Source: Thermoplasmatota archaeon
Lineage (GTDB): Archaea > Thermoplasmatota > Poseidoniia > MGIII > CG-Epi1
Length of the DNA: 64,000 nucleotides
Reading direction: 5' to 3'
Assembly (NCBI GenBank): GCA_036148495.1
Contig: JAYYHK010000036.1
Span: 2,125-66,124, forward strand
Position 1 is the first letter of the stretch, and each line of letters starts with the position of its first letter. Positions 19,658 through 28,053 of this stretch are shown one piece after another. The notes beneath the pieces were generated by a model. It did not search any database and was not told the origin of the DNA. It was given only the letters and a program-made list of their open reading frames with translations. The translations under genes were made by a program, and so were the position numbers.

Positions 19658-20096
19658 TTTTTTTTAAAATTAAGTCTGTAACTTCACAATCGGGTAATTT
19701 TTTTTCCATTAGCCAACCATACCATTCAATTGATATTTTAGCACCATTATCTGTTTTTTTAGCTTTGAGAATTCTATCATTTGCAATAGTTTTTCCGTCT
19801 AGCAATATGCCATTTTTCCCGAATGCAAATGGCCGAGGATATCCTAGATATATCAAACTCAAAATTAACAGAGCCAATGATAAATAAATATCGACTCCTT
19901 GAGCATAATCAAGAGAGATGATAAAAATCATAGTGCTAGGAATCAGTAATCCATTGATTCCCTTTCTCTCAATCTCCTTCCAAAAATCTAGTGTAATAAT
20001 TTTACTGTCAGGTTCAGGTTTTCGAAAGAGAATGGCTACATCATACAACAGTACAATTAGTAAAATTATTTTTGCAAATTGTAATAAATCATCCAT
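19650..20096 (-). CDS. Hypothetical membrane protein
   Basis: Three hydrophobic segments followed by a short soluble domain. Overlaps the tmk stop. Confidence 0.7.
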   Translation of the reverse strand: MDDLLQFAKIILLIVLLYDVAILFRKPEPDSKIITLDFWKEIERKGINGLLIPSTMIFIISLDYAQGVDIYLSLALLILSLIYLGYPRPFAFGKNGILLDGKTIANDRILKAKKTDNGAKISIEWYGWLMEKKLPDCEVTDLILKKIN

Positions 20097-20673
20097 TTCT
20101 GACCTCAGAAACTAGTCTCCAAACTTCATCAAAAATTACCTCAGGAGTCCTTGTAGCATCTATAATTCGAACTAAAGAATCATCTTCTAAATCTAGGTAA
20201 GCCTTCCGAACTTTTTCCAAGTGTTCTTCTTTTTCGAACACATCAGCGACACTATGGCTTCTAACGCGTTTCATTGCTAAATCAGCAGGTAAATCGAAGA
20301 TCAGTACAATATCTGGTTTAGGCGCAAATTCATTATCTCTCCTTATTCTGTTAACATCAATTCCTGCAGCTGCTTGATATGCCATTGTGGAATAATAATA
20401 CCGATCCATAAGAACAATCTTGCCATCATCAAGAGCCGGTTTAATTTTTTGATTAACATGCTCTTTGCGATCTAAGACAAATAATTCCAAAATTTCTTCA
20501 GTGGTAGCTTCAATATTTCCACTTAGCATTTCCCACAGTTTTTGTCCATACTTTCCATTTGTTGGTTCTTTCAGTAATATTGTTTCTTCCTTGTTACGCT
20601 CAAATTTATCCATTAAAAATTGAGACTGTGTAGACTTTCCACATCCGTCAATTCCTTCTAGATTTATGAGCAC
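20089..20673 (-). CDS. tmk: Thymidylate kinase
   Basis: LEGIDGCGKSTQ, KEPT, MDRYYYSTMAYQ, PKPD. Confidence 0.96.
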   Translation of the reverse strand: MLINLEGIDGCGKSTQSQFLMDKFERNKEETILLKEPTNGKYGQKLWEMLSGNIEATTEEILELFVLDRKEHVNQKIKPALDDGKIVLMDRYYYSTMAYQAAAGIDVNRIRRDNEFAPKPDIVLIFDLPADLAMKRVRSHSVADVFEKEEHLEKVRKAYLDLEDDSLVRIIDATRTPEVIFDEVWRLVSEVRNG

Positions 20674-20720
20674 AATATATGCACAGGAAGGGTCTTAATT
20701 AGGGGATTTGTTGGTAATTT

Positions 20721-21944
20721 GTGTCGATTTGGTTTGAAGGTTATGGATGTACAGCAAATCAGGGTGAAACTCTTGAAATGAGAGATCATGCAAATGAGTT
20801 AGGCCACGAGATTGCAAAGGATTCAACTTCAGCGAAAACTGTTGTTCTTGGTACTTGTACAGTAATAGAGTCAACGCAAAACAAAATGGAAAAGCGTATT
20901 TCTGAGCTAATGGATCAAGGTAAAAATGTGATAGTTAGTGGATGCATGGCTACTGCAGATACCAAGGTTTTGAATTCCAAATTTCCTAATGCTCCTTTAG
21001 TCTCTCCTGGAGACATCAAAGGATTAGGGGATTTGATTGGTAGAGGTGGCTGCAAGCCAGAAACCTTAGAATCTCCTTTTGCATCTATTTTACCCATATC
21101 TTCAGGATGCCTTGGTAGATGCACTTATTGTGCAACTTTGAAGGCCAGAGGTCGAGTAACATCACGTTCAGTAAATGACATATTTTTCAAGGCTCAATAT
21201 GCGATAGATTCTGGAAGTAAAGAATTATTGTTAACTTCACAAGATAACGGAGCATTTGGAGCAGATACTGGAACTAGTCTCGAGAATTTACTAATGGAGT
21301 TATCACATTTGGATGGAAAATTTAGACTAAGAGTAGGCATGTTGAATCCAATGTTAGTTGCTGGACGTTCACATGAAATGGCTAAAGCATGGGGCGATCC
21401 GAGAACTTACAAATTCATGCACCTGCCAATTCAATCGGGTTCACAAAAGATATTGGACTCTATGGTTAGAGATCACACACTTGAAGAGTTTTGGGAAGTA
21501 GTGAATGTGTTCAGAGAGTATTATCCTGAAATGATGATTATTACAGATGTAATAACTGGTTTTCCGGGTGAAACGGACGAAGACCATCAGGAGACAATTA
21601 GTTTGTTAGAGGAATTGTTGCCAGATTTAGTTAATGTTACACGTTTTTCACCCAGAAAAGGTACGCCAGCTTCCAGATACAAGAGAATAAATGGTAGAAT
21701 AATTAAAAAACGTTCCCGTGAGTTAACAGTTCTAAGAAAGGAATTGGGTGCTAGAAGCTTTAAACGATTCGTAGGACGGAAAACTTCGATTTTAACCGTT
21801 GAAAATCAAAAGAGAGGTAGTACTCTTTGCCGGGATGATAATTATCGTCCAATTATTTTGATGGAAGAATTGCCATTAGGCGAATTTTATGATGTTGAAA
21901 TAATAGATTCTGAGTATGGTTTTATGACTGCAATATTAGCTTGA
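20721..21944 (+). CDS. tRNA t6A37 methylthiotransferase (MiaB-like, archaeal MtaB type)
   Basis: UPF0004 N-domain (YGCTAN, TCTV, SGC), radical SAM motif CLGRCTYC, HLPIQSGS, TDVITGFPGETDED and a C-terminal TRAM domain. Confidence 0.9.
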   Translation: MSIWFEGYGCTANQGETLEMRDHANELGHEIAKDSTSAKTVVLGTCTVIESTQNKMEKRISELMDQGKNVIVSGCMATADTKVLNSKFPNAPLVSPGDIKGLGDLIGRGGCKPETLESPFASILPISSGCLGRCTYCATLKARGRVTSRSVNDIFFKAQYAIDSGSKELLLTSQDNGAFGADTGTSLENLLMELSHLDGKFRLRVGMLNPMLVAGRSHEMAKAWGDPRTYKFMHLPIQSGSQKILDSMVRDHTLEEFWEVVNVFREYYPEMMIITDVITGFPGETDEDHQETISLLEELLPDLVNVTRFSPRKGTPASRYKRINGRIIKKRSRELTVLRKELGARSFKRFVGRKTSILTVENQKRGSTLCRDDNYRPIILMEELPLGEFYDVEIIDSEYGFMTAILA

Positions 21945-21986
21945 TGTAATAGTAAAATACTAATACACTGCTTTTTCTACAAAATT

Positions 21987-22091
21987 ATGCCCAAAGAGTT
22001 CAAAGCTTTCATTAAAGGACAACCCGTTAAGAAAATTATAGATCCAAAAACAGGTCAGGAGAAATGGGTTCCAATAGAAAGTGAGTCTTGA
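21987..22091 (+). CDS. Small 34-aa basic protein; not in the ORF track
   Basis: MPKEFKAFIKGQPVKKIIDPKTGQEKWVPIESES*. The TGA overlaps the TTG start of the LysE gene by 4 nt, and the ORF fills an otherwise empty gap. Confidence 0.6.
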   Translation: MPKEFKAFIKGQPVKKIIDPKTGQEKWVPIESES

Positions 22092-22693
22092 ACACAGCCT
22101 TTCTATCTGGTTTTTTTCTTAGTTTTTCACTTATTTTAGCTATAGGTCCACAGAATGCCTTTGTTTTACGTCAAGGATTACTCAAACAGCATGTCCTTCC
22201 AATAGCACTTTTCTGTACATTATCAGATATCATTTTGATACTATTAGGTATTTTTGGCTTTGGTTCCATTATCTCAAATTTCGATAATTTCTCTCAATAT
22301 ATGTTTGTAATTGGAGGGGCTTGGCTATCTGGGTATGGCTTTCTAAGGCTGAAAGGGGCCTATTTAGCAGATAGTTTTCTCCAAGCCTCTGATGAGCAAG
22401 AAACAAACTTAAAATTAGTTTTAACTAATTGTGCAATATTGACTTGGTTTAATCCTCATGTTTACATAGATACTTTAATTTTAATTGGTACAGTTTCCAT
22501 CAGATTTGAAGACACTCTTGATTTTGGCTTAGGTGCTTGCTTAGCTAGTTTTATTTTCTTTTTTTCATTAGCATATGGAGCAAGACTTTTGTCTCCACTT
22601 ATGAGCTCAAAAAAGGCATGGCAAATTTTGGATTTATTTATTGCTTCAATAATGTTTATTTTAGCGCATTCAATGTTTCAAGAAGTTTTCTAA
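22088..22693 (+). CDS. LysE/ArgO family amino acid exporter
   Basis: LILAIGPQNAFVLRQGL, TWFNPHVYIDT; 6 TM segments. Confidence 0.93.
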   Translation: MNTAFLSGFFLSFSLILAIGPQNAFVLRQGLLKQHVLPIALFCTLSDIILILLGIFGFGSIISNFDNFSQYMFVIGGAWLSGYGFLRLKGAYLADSFLQASDEQETNLKLVLTNCAILTWFNPHVYIDTLILIGTVSIRFEDTLDFGLGACLASFIFFFSLAYGARLLSPLMSSKKAWQILDLFIASIMFILAHSMFQEVF

Positions 22694-22726
22694 AGTAATA
22701 ATAAGGACTGCTTGTTCTGAAAATTA

Positions 22727-23380
22727 ATGAAATTAACTGCATTGACTCTCAGCTCAGACCGTTATTATCCTCGTTATGCGAATTTCATTCAAGAGGCAGA
22801 AGGTACTCCTGAAAGAATTCAATCAGTTAACGATTTAGAAAAATACGATGTTTTAGTGTTGTCTGGTGGTGGAGATATGGGAATTAAGAGTGGTGCTTAT
22901 GGTTTACAGTCTGAAGATTTACCTATTGATGGTGTTAAAGATGATAGAGATGAATTAGAATTGGCTTTACTTAAGAGAGCTGAGGAAACAAAAATGCCAG
23001 TGTTAGGAATTTGTCGAGGTTTACAAGTAATGAATGTCTACCTTGAAGGCACATTATGGCCCGACATCAGTCAAGGAGGTTACGATGGTGCTATGCATAG
23101 GGAAGGAGATGGTGGAGAGCCTCCTAAGGGAGATATACCTCACTGGACAAAAATGGAAAATAAGGAATTTGAAGTTATAAGCCATCATCATCAAGGCGTG
23201 AGAGAATTAGGCCAAGATCTTCATGTTCTGTCTAAATCATCAGACGGCATGATCGAGGCAGTTAAACATAAATCATTACCTTGGTTTGCAGTTCAGTGGC
23301 ATCCAGAAAGGACACCTGAAGGCCTTGGCCGAGCCTTACCACGCGAATGGTTAAGGAAAGAACTTCAAAATGTACAATAG
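22727..23380 (+). CDS. Peptidase C26 / gamma-glutamyl-gamma-aminobutyrate hydrolase family protein (class I glutamine amidotransferase fold)
   Basis: LSGGGD, PVLGICRGLQVMNV (catalytic Cys), SHHHQGV, AVQWHPE. Confidence 0.9.
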   Translation: MKLTALTLSSDRYYPRYANFIQEAEGTPERIQSVNDLEKYDVLVLSGGGDMGIKSGAYGLQSEDLPIDGVKDDRDELELALLKRAEETKMPVLGICRGLQVMNVYLEGTLWPDISQGGYDGAMHREGDGGEPPKGDIPHWTKMENKEFEVISHHHQGVRELGQDLHVLSKSSDGMIEAVKHKSLPWFAVQWHPERTPEGLGRALPREWLRKELQNVQ

Positions 23381-24197
23381 GGTTACATTACTTGGTAATG
23401 CGCAAGATGCAGGGCGTCCTCAATTTGCATGCACTAAGCCGTGTTGTGAAGATGCGAGGTTAAATTCTGAACTTTCCAGAATGCCAGTATCTCTAGGGTT
23501 GCATGGTGATTCTTTTGGATTAATTGAAGCCACGAGATGTATTGATAAGCAATTGACGATGGTTAACAATCCCAAAATTTCAGACTTATGGATTACACAT
23601 GCCCACCTTGGACACATCGAAGGTCTAGGCCAATTTGGCAAGGAATCAAGTAATCAGAAAAATATACAATTACATTGTTCAGATTCTGTTTATACTTATC
23701 TTCAAAGTCATCCAACATGGAATAAATTATTTTTAAGAGGTAACTTATCGGTTGCAAATTTTTCAAATAACAATGTAAAGCCCATTAAGGTTCCTCACAG
23801 ATCAGAAGATTTTGAGACTCATGCATTTTTAATCAAAGGTTCCCACGAGAAATTGCTATTTTTACCAGATCACGACACATGGGAAGCTACTCTTTCAAAA
23901 GTGGAATGCCGTAGTCCAAGAGATTGGTTTAATTCCTTGGATGTAAATATAGTCCTTCTAGACGGAACATTTTGGAGTGATAATGAGCTCGGAAATCGTT
24001 CGCAGGGAAACGTTCCTCATCCATCGGTTAAACAAACTCTTGAATTGATGGGTAAACGTAGAGAAGATGATCCTAGAATAATATTTATTCATCTTAATCA
24101 TACTAACCCACTTCATTACAAAAGCTCTGAAGAATATCAAAAAGTTGAGCAGATGGGTTGGGAAGTTGGTATAGAAGGCATGGAGTTTGAAATTTAA
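23370..24197 (+). CDS. PqqB-like metallo-beta-lactamase fold hydrolase
   Basis: LLGNAQDAGRPQFACTKPCC, THAHLGHIEGL, VPHRSE, LDGTFW, HLNHTNP. Confidence 0.85.
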   Translation: MYNRVTLLGNAQDAGRPQFACTKPCCEDARLNSELSRMPVSLGLHGDSFGLIEATRCIDKQLTMVNNPKISDLWITHAHLGHIEGLGQFGKESSNQKNIQLHCSDSVYTYLQSHPTWNKLFLRGNLSVANFSNNNVKPIKVPHRSEDFETHAFLIKGSHEKLLFLPDHDTWEATLSKVECRSPRDWFNSLDVNIVLLDGTFWSDNELGNRSQGNVPHPSVKQTLELMGKRREDDPRIIFIHLNHTNPLHYKSSEEYQKVEQMGWEVGIEGMEFEI

Positions 24198-24844
24198 TGT
24201 TTCAATCTTTTAAAAATTTTTTTCACATTAAAATAGTAATGAATTTGTATTCATTGAGGAATTATTTTACAAATAACGGTGCGGTTTGGTTAAAGTTAAA
24301 TGGTTCAGATTTAGAAAATATGATTTCTAAAATAATTGATTACAATAGATTCGATTTAAATGATAAAAATATTTTGGATTTAGGGTGCGGAACTGGTACA
24401 ATGCTACGGTATGCAGTAGATAATCATCAATGTAATGTATTTGGTGTTGATTTAATTAGATTAAATATTTACCAGGCTAAGAAAAAAGTACCAAGTGGAA
24501 TTTTTTATCGAGGTGATATAATTGATTACCTTAACGTCCTTAATGAAAAATTTGACTTAGTTATATTGTATGGCGTAATTGGATGTTTTACTTTACCCAA
24601 TCAGAGATTAATAATTGACAAAATATTAGAATCTCTAAATCCTGGCGGATTGTTGTGGATTGGTGCTAACTTGTACGAAGATTTTGATTATAAATTCCAA
24701 ACCTATCCTGTGCCGAGAAATTTTTACGATGATTACAAAAAATCCGAGCAATATACATTTGATGAAGTCTCAGAAGTTGAATTATTTGGGAAACACAAAT
24801 ATGAACCCAAGCAAACTTCGGTTATGATTTCTTACCAGCCGTAA
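24197..24844 (+). CDS. Class I SAM-dependent methyltransferase
   Basis: ILDLGCGTG motif I, VFGVDL, KFDLV, LNPGG. Confidence 0.85.
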   Translation: MFQSFKNFFHIKIVMNLYSLRNYFTNNGAVWLKLNGSDLENMISKIIDYNRFDLNDKNILDLGCGTGTMLRYAVDNHQCNVFGVDLIRLNIYQAKKKVPSGIFYRGDIIDYLNVLNEKFDLVILYGVIGCFTLPNQRLIIDKILESLNPGGLLWIGANLYEDFDYKFQTYPVPRNFYDDYKKSEQYTFDEVSEVELFGKHKYEPKQTSVMISYQP

Positions 24845-26091
24845 GTTTCAGTTACTTTTAGGCTTGATTTAATTTTTAATAGTTTTCCAGCCATAGGTAG
24901 TAAATCTGGATTTTTGACTAGTACACCTAGCATTTTTAGCCAAGGAAGTTGAGAATAATTGTTTCCATCGTATATTTCTCCAATTAAATTTAGAGTTCTT
25001 TTGTCTAGTGAATAAATTAGTTTAGACTGGTCAACAAATTTTTGTTGTGTCCAAGGTTGTCTTTTCATAATTCTGTCGTACCAAACATGCGGTTCTAAAT
25101 CAGAATGTAACGCTTTTTCACACCTTTCCCAATATTGACCTTTTAAATCATGGCAATTGACAGAATGTGAAGGTGGTTTTAAATCTCCAGTACCAAGCTC
25201 TTTTCGGATTGCAATCGCAGCATATTCTCCTGATAGCATTCCTACGTGAACTCCTCCTTTTGTGATGGGGTTAGTGAGGCCGGCTGCATCTCCTACAACA
25301 TATGCATCCTTTGTTGAGAAGTATGGAATAGGGCCATCTCTTGGAATTAACCCTCCGTTTTGCTTGTGACCTAATTCATTTTCTATTCTTTTCTTAGGAT
25401 CAACACTCATATGTTCCTTGCAGAAATAGTCTAGTCCTGCTTTGGCCCCATTAGTTGCCACTATTCCTACATTAAAAATGTCATCTCTGGGAAATACCCA
25501 GATGTATCCATCTTCATATCGGGGGTCTATGTAAAAATCAAAATAATCAGTGTCTGGAAAATCTACATCACTCCTCTTAAATTTGTATTGTAGTCCAGGA
25601 AGTAATCTCAATTTTTCATTTCCTTTTAATCCAATTTGAGTAACAATGTTTGGAACACGTCCTTCTGCAACAATGAGTTGTTTAGCTTTTGCTACCTCTC
25701 CATCTTTTGATGAAAGAATCCAACCCTCTTTGTCCTTATTTACCTTCGTTACTCTAAGCCCTTCGTATCTTTTTGCGCCAGCATCCACTGCGTCATCTGA
25801 AATTGTTCTGTCTAATCCCCACCGGTGGATGGAATAGCCCGGAGACATAAGTCCGACAGATTTTCCGTTTGGCATCCTTATTCTGTTTCCTTCGACCTCT
25901 CTTATCGCCCAATCACCCACAGGATAATTAGTGTGTTTTAATGCAATTTTACCTAATCCTTCTCCACAATGTATAGGGTCTCCAACACGTCTTTTTCTAT
26001 CAAAAGTAACAACTGAATGTCCAGCCTCAGCCAATCTCAATGCAGCCATTCCTCCTGCAGGCCCCTGTCCAACTACAGCTACATCGTACAT
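24832..26091 (-). CDS. Geranylgeranyl reductase family FAD-dependent oxidoreductase
   Basis: YDVAVVGQGPAG, PIHCGEG, GYIWVFP, VGDAAGLTNPITKGG. Confidence 0.88.
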   Translation of the reverse strand: MYDVAVVGQGPAGGMAALRLAEAGHSVVTFDRKRRVGDPIHCGEGLGKIALKHTNYPVGDWAIREVEGNRIRMPNGKSVGLMSPGYSIHRWGLDRTISDDAVDAGAKRYEGLRVTKVNKDKEGWILSSKDGEVAKAKQLIVAEGRVPNIVTQIGLKGNEKLRLLPGLQYKFKRSDVDFPDTDYFDFYIDPRYEDGYIWVFPRDDIFNVGIVATNGAKAGLDYFCKEHMSVDPKKRIENELGHKQNGGLIPRDGPIPYFSTKDAYVVGDAAGLTNPITKGGVHVGMLSGEYAAIAIRKELGTGDLKPPSHSVNCHDLKGQYWERCEKALHSDLEPHVWYDRIMKRQPWTQQKFVDQSKLIYSLDKRTLNLIGEIYDGNNYSQLPWLKMLGVLVKNPDLLPMAGKLLKIKSSLKVTETYGW

Positions 26092-26121
26092 ACAACAATT
26101 CTACTGAGGCTCAATAAAAAA

Positions 26122-26910
26122 CTAATCTTTATTCATAGAGTCTCTAAGAACAGGTCTTGCATCTCTATATTTTTGAACATTTCCAAGAGGTATCTTGCAA
26201 ACGATTGTTCCTTCTTCAAATTTTTCAATTTCCTCCATAATCTTTCCCCTTGGATCAAAGATGCATGACTCTCCAGCAAAAACTAAATTACCTTGTGTCC
26301 CTATATTGTTCACAAATCCGTAATAGCATGTAGTCTCAATAGCTCTAGCAGGCAAAACTCTGTGGAATAGAGGTCTTGAAGTCGTTGGGCTCGCAGCTAA
26401 ATTGATAATAACGTCAGCACCTTGCTGTGCCAATTTCATTGATACGTCTGGAAAAAACAAATCATAACATATTTGTACACCTATATTTCCAAAGTTAGTC
26501 TCGAATACCTTGGGTTCATTTCCTTCACCAAAATAAGTTTTCTCTTCAAATGGGCCAAAATTAGGCAAGTACTGCTTTCTACAATGTCCAATATATCCAT
26601 CAGGTCCAATCATTATTGCCGAATTAAACAAAGATTTATTGGCCCTTTCCACAATACCTGTGAGAATAGTTATGTCTTGTTTCTTTGCTATTTCTTTGAT
26701 ACCTTCCTGAGCCTGACCATTTCCGGGAATCACTTCGGATACATTATTGTAGTTATCTTTTAAGTTGTAACCAGTAATAAATAATTCAGGAAATGCAATT
26801 AAATCAATATTTTTTTCTTTTTGAGCGTTAACAATAGTTTTTTCCATTATTTTCAGATTTTCAGATACGTTTCCAAGAATTATTGGAACTTGACCTAATG
26901 CCAAATACAT
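26122..26910 (-). CDS. Carbon-nitrogen hydrolase (nitrilase family); probable stand-alone glutaminase partner of NadE
   Basis: Glu-Lys-Cys triad (FPEL, RKQYLP, ICYD) and LPNFGPFEEKTYF, as in NAD synthetase glutaminase domains. Divergent from nadE. Confidence 0.88.
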   Translation of the reverse strand: MYLALGQVPIILGNVSENLKIMEKTIVNAQKEKNIDLIAFPELFITGYNLKDNYNNVSEVIPGNGQAQEGIKEIAKKQDITILTGIVERANKSLFNSAIMIGPDGYIGHCRKQYLPNFGPFEEKTYFGEGNEPKVFETNFGNIGVQICYDLFFPDVSMKLAQQGADVIINLAASPTTSRPLFHRVLPARAIETTCYYGFVNNIGTQGNLVFAGESCIFDPRGKIMEEIEKFEEGTIVCKIPLGNVQKYRDARPVLRDSMNKD

Positions 26911-26977
26911 AAACTCCTAAAGGGGTGCAATAATATAGTGTTGTCAAATTTAATTTAGTCCCTCTTTATCGTATAAT

Positions 26978-27781
26978 GTGGATATCTCTAGAGATACTTT
27001 AGTCATAATAAATAATTTCATTAAAACAAGAGTGAAAGATGCTAATTCAGATGGCGTAGTTTTAGGTTTATCTGGAGGCATAGATTCTGCTGTAACATTG
27101 TCTTTGTCAGTGGCAGCTCTTGGTTCAGACAGAGTTACTGGTTTGATAATGCCTTACGAGCATACTGAATCAGTTGACCTAGCAAAACACCACGCAGAGC
27201 AACTAAATGTTAATACTGAAACTGTAAGTATTAAGCAGATTGTAGAATCTTTCAAATCCTCCTCTTCATTATTTGCTGAGAAATTATCTGAGGGTAATCT
27301 ACATTCAAGGATACGTATGTCAATTTTGTACGGAGCTGGATTTTCATCTAACAGACTTGTTGTTGGGACTTCAAACAAATCAGAACTTTTAATTGGTTAT
27401 TGGACGAAATGGGGAGATGGAGGTACAGATTTTCTCCCAATAGGTGATTTATACAAATCTCAAGTCTATTCTTTAGGAGAAGAATTAGGAGTTCCATCTG
27501 GAATTTTATCACGAAAGCCTACTGCAGAATTGTGGGAAGGTCAGACTGATGAAGAAGAATTTGGCTTTACATATTTAGAGCTTGATCAAGTTTTATTTAA
27601 TTTGGAAAGATTTGATAATGTGTCTCAAATATCTGAAAAAACAGGAATATCATTAGAAAAAATAGCTAAAATTAAGAAATTAATTCAGTTGTCTATACAC
27701 AAAAGAGTTTTTCCTCCAGTATGTAAGATAGGGCTCAGAACAGTTGGGTTAGACTGGCGTGAAACTATAGGAACTCAATGA
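26978..27781 (+). CDS. nadE: NAD+ synthetase (single-domain NH3-dependent type)
   Basis: LGLSGGIDSA, GNLHSRIRM, GTSNKSE, TKWGDG, PTAELWEGQTDE. Confidence 0.96.
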   Translation: MDISRDTLVIINNFIKTRVKDANSDGVVLGLSGGIDSAVTLSLSVAALGSDRVTGLIMPYEHTESVDLAKHHAEQLNVNTETVSIKQIVESFKSSSSLFAEKLSEGNLHSRIRMSILYGAGFSSNRLVVGTSNKSELLIGYWTKWGDGGTDFLPIGDLYKSQVYSLGEELGVPSGILSRKPTAELWEGQTDEEEFGFTYLELDQVLFNLERFDNVSQISEKTGISLEKIAKIKKLIQLSIHKRVFPPVCKIGLRTVGLDWRETIGTQ

Positions 27782-28031
27782 TTTTTATAATTAAATTATT
27801 ACGACAAATCACGTAGTAATAAATTGAATGCTTTTTATTATTAAATTTGTGGAACCAACACTCGTTTTTTGGCAGGTTCTACTCTTTTTTGTTCATTTTT
27901 TGAGTGGAGGTATAACGAAAAATGGAACTTTTTGCTTTTTTTTTAAACGTATGAAATACTTATTATATGGTTGCTTAATGGCAGAAAATCATGAAATTAA
28001 ATCAAGTTTTTGTAAATGTTGAATCATTTCT

Positions 28032-28049
28032 GCCACCTCGGGGGGTGGC
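28032..28049 (+). promoter_or_regulatory. Hairpin occluding the putative Shine-Dalgarno of nrdJ
   Basis: GCCACC-TCGGGG-GGTGGC ends 4 nt before the TTG start at 28054. The 3' arm contains a GGGGTG SD-like sequence. Confidence 0.5.
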
Positions 28050-28053
28050 CTAG

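Noticed and set aside
27828..28022. 64-aa ORF upstream of nrdJ
   Set aside because: Phe/Lys-rich translation of an AT-rich promoter region with no recognisable motif.
27790..28053. Possible cobalamin riboswitch or NrdR box upstream of nrdJ
   Set aside because: I could not find the conserved B12-box elements or an NrdR consensus. Only the alternative pairings reported as a finding are supported.
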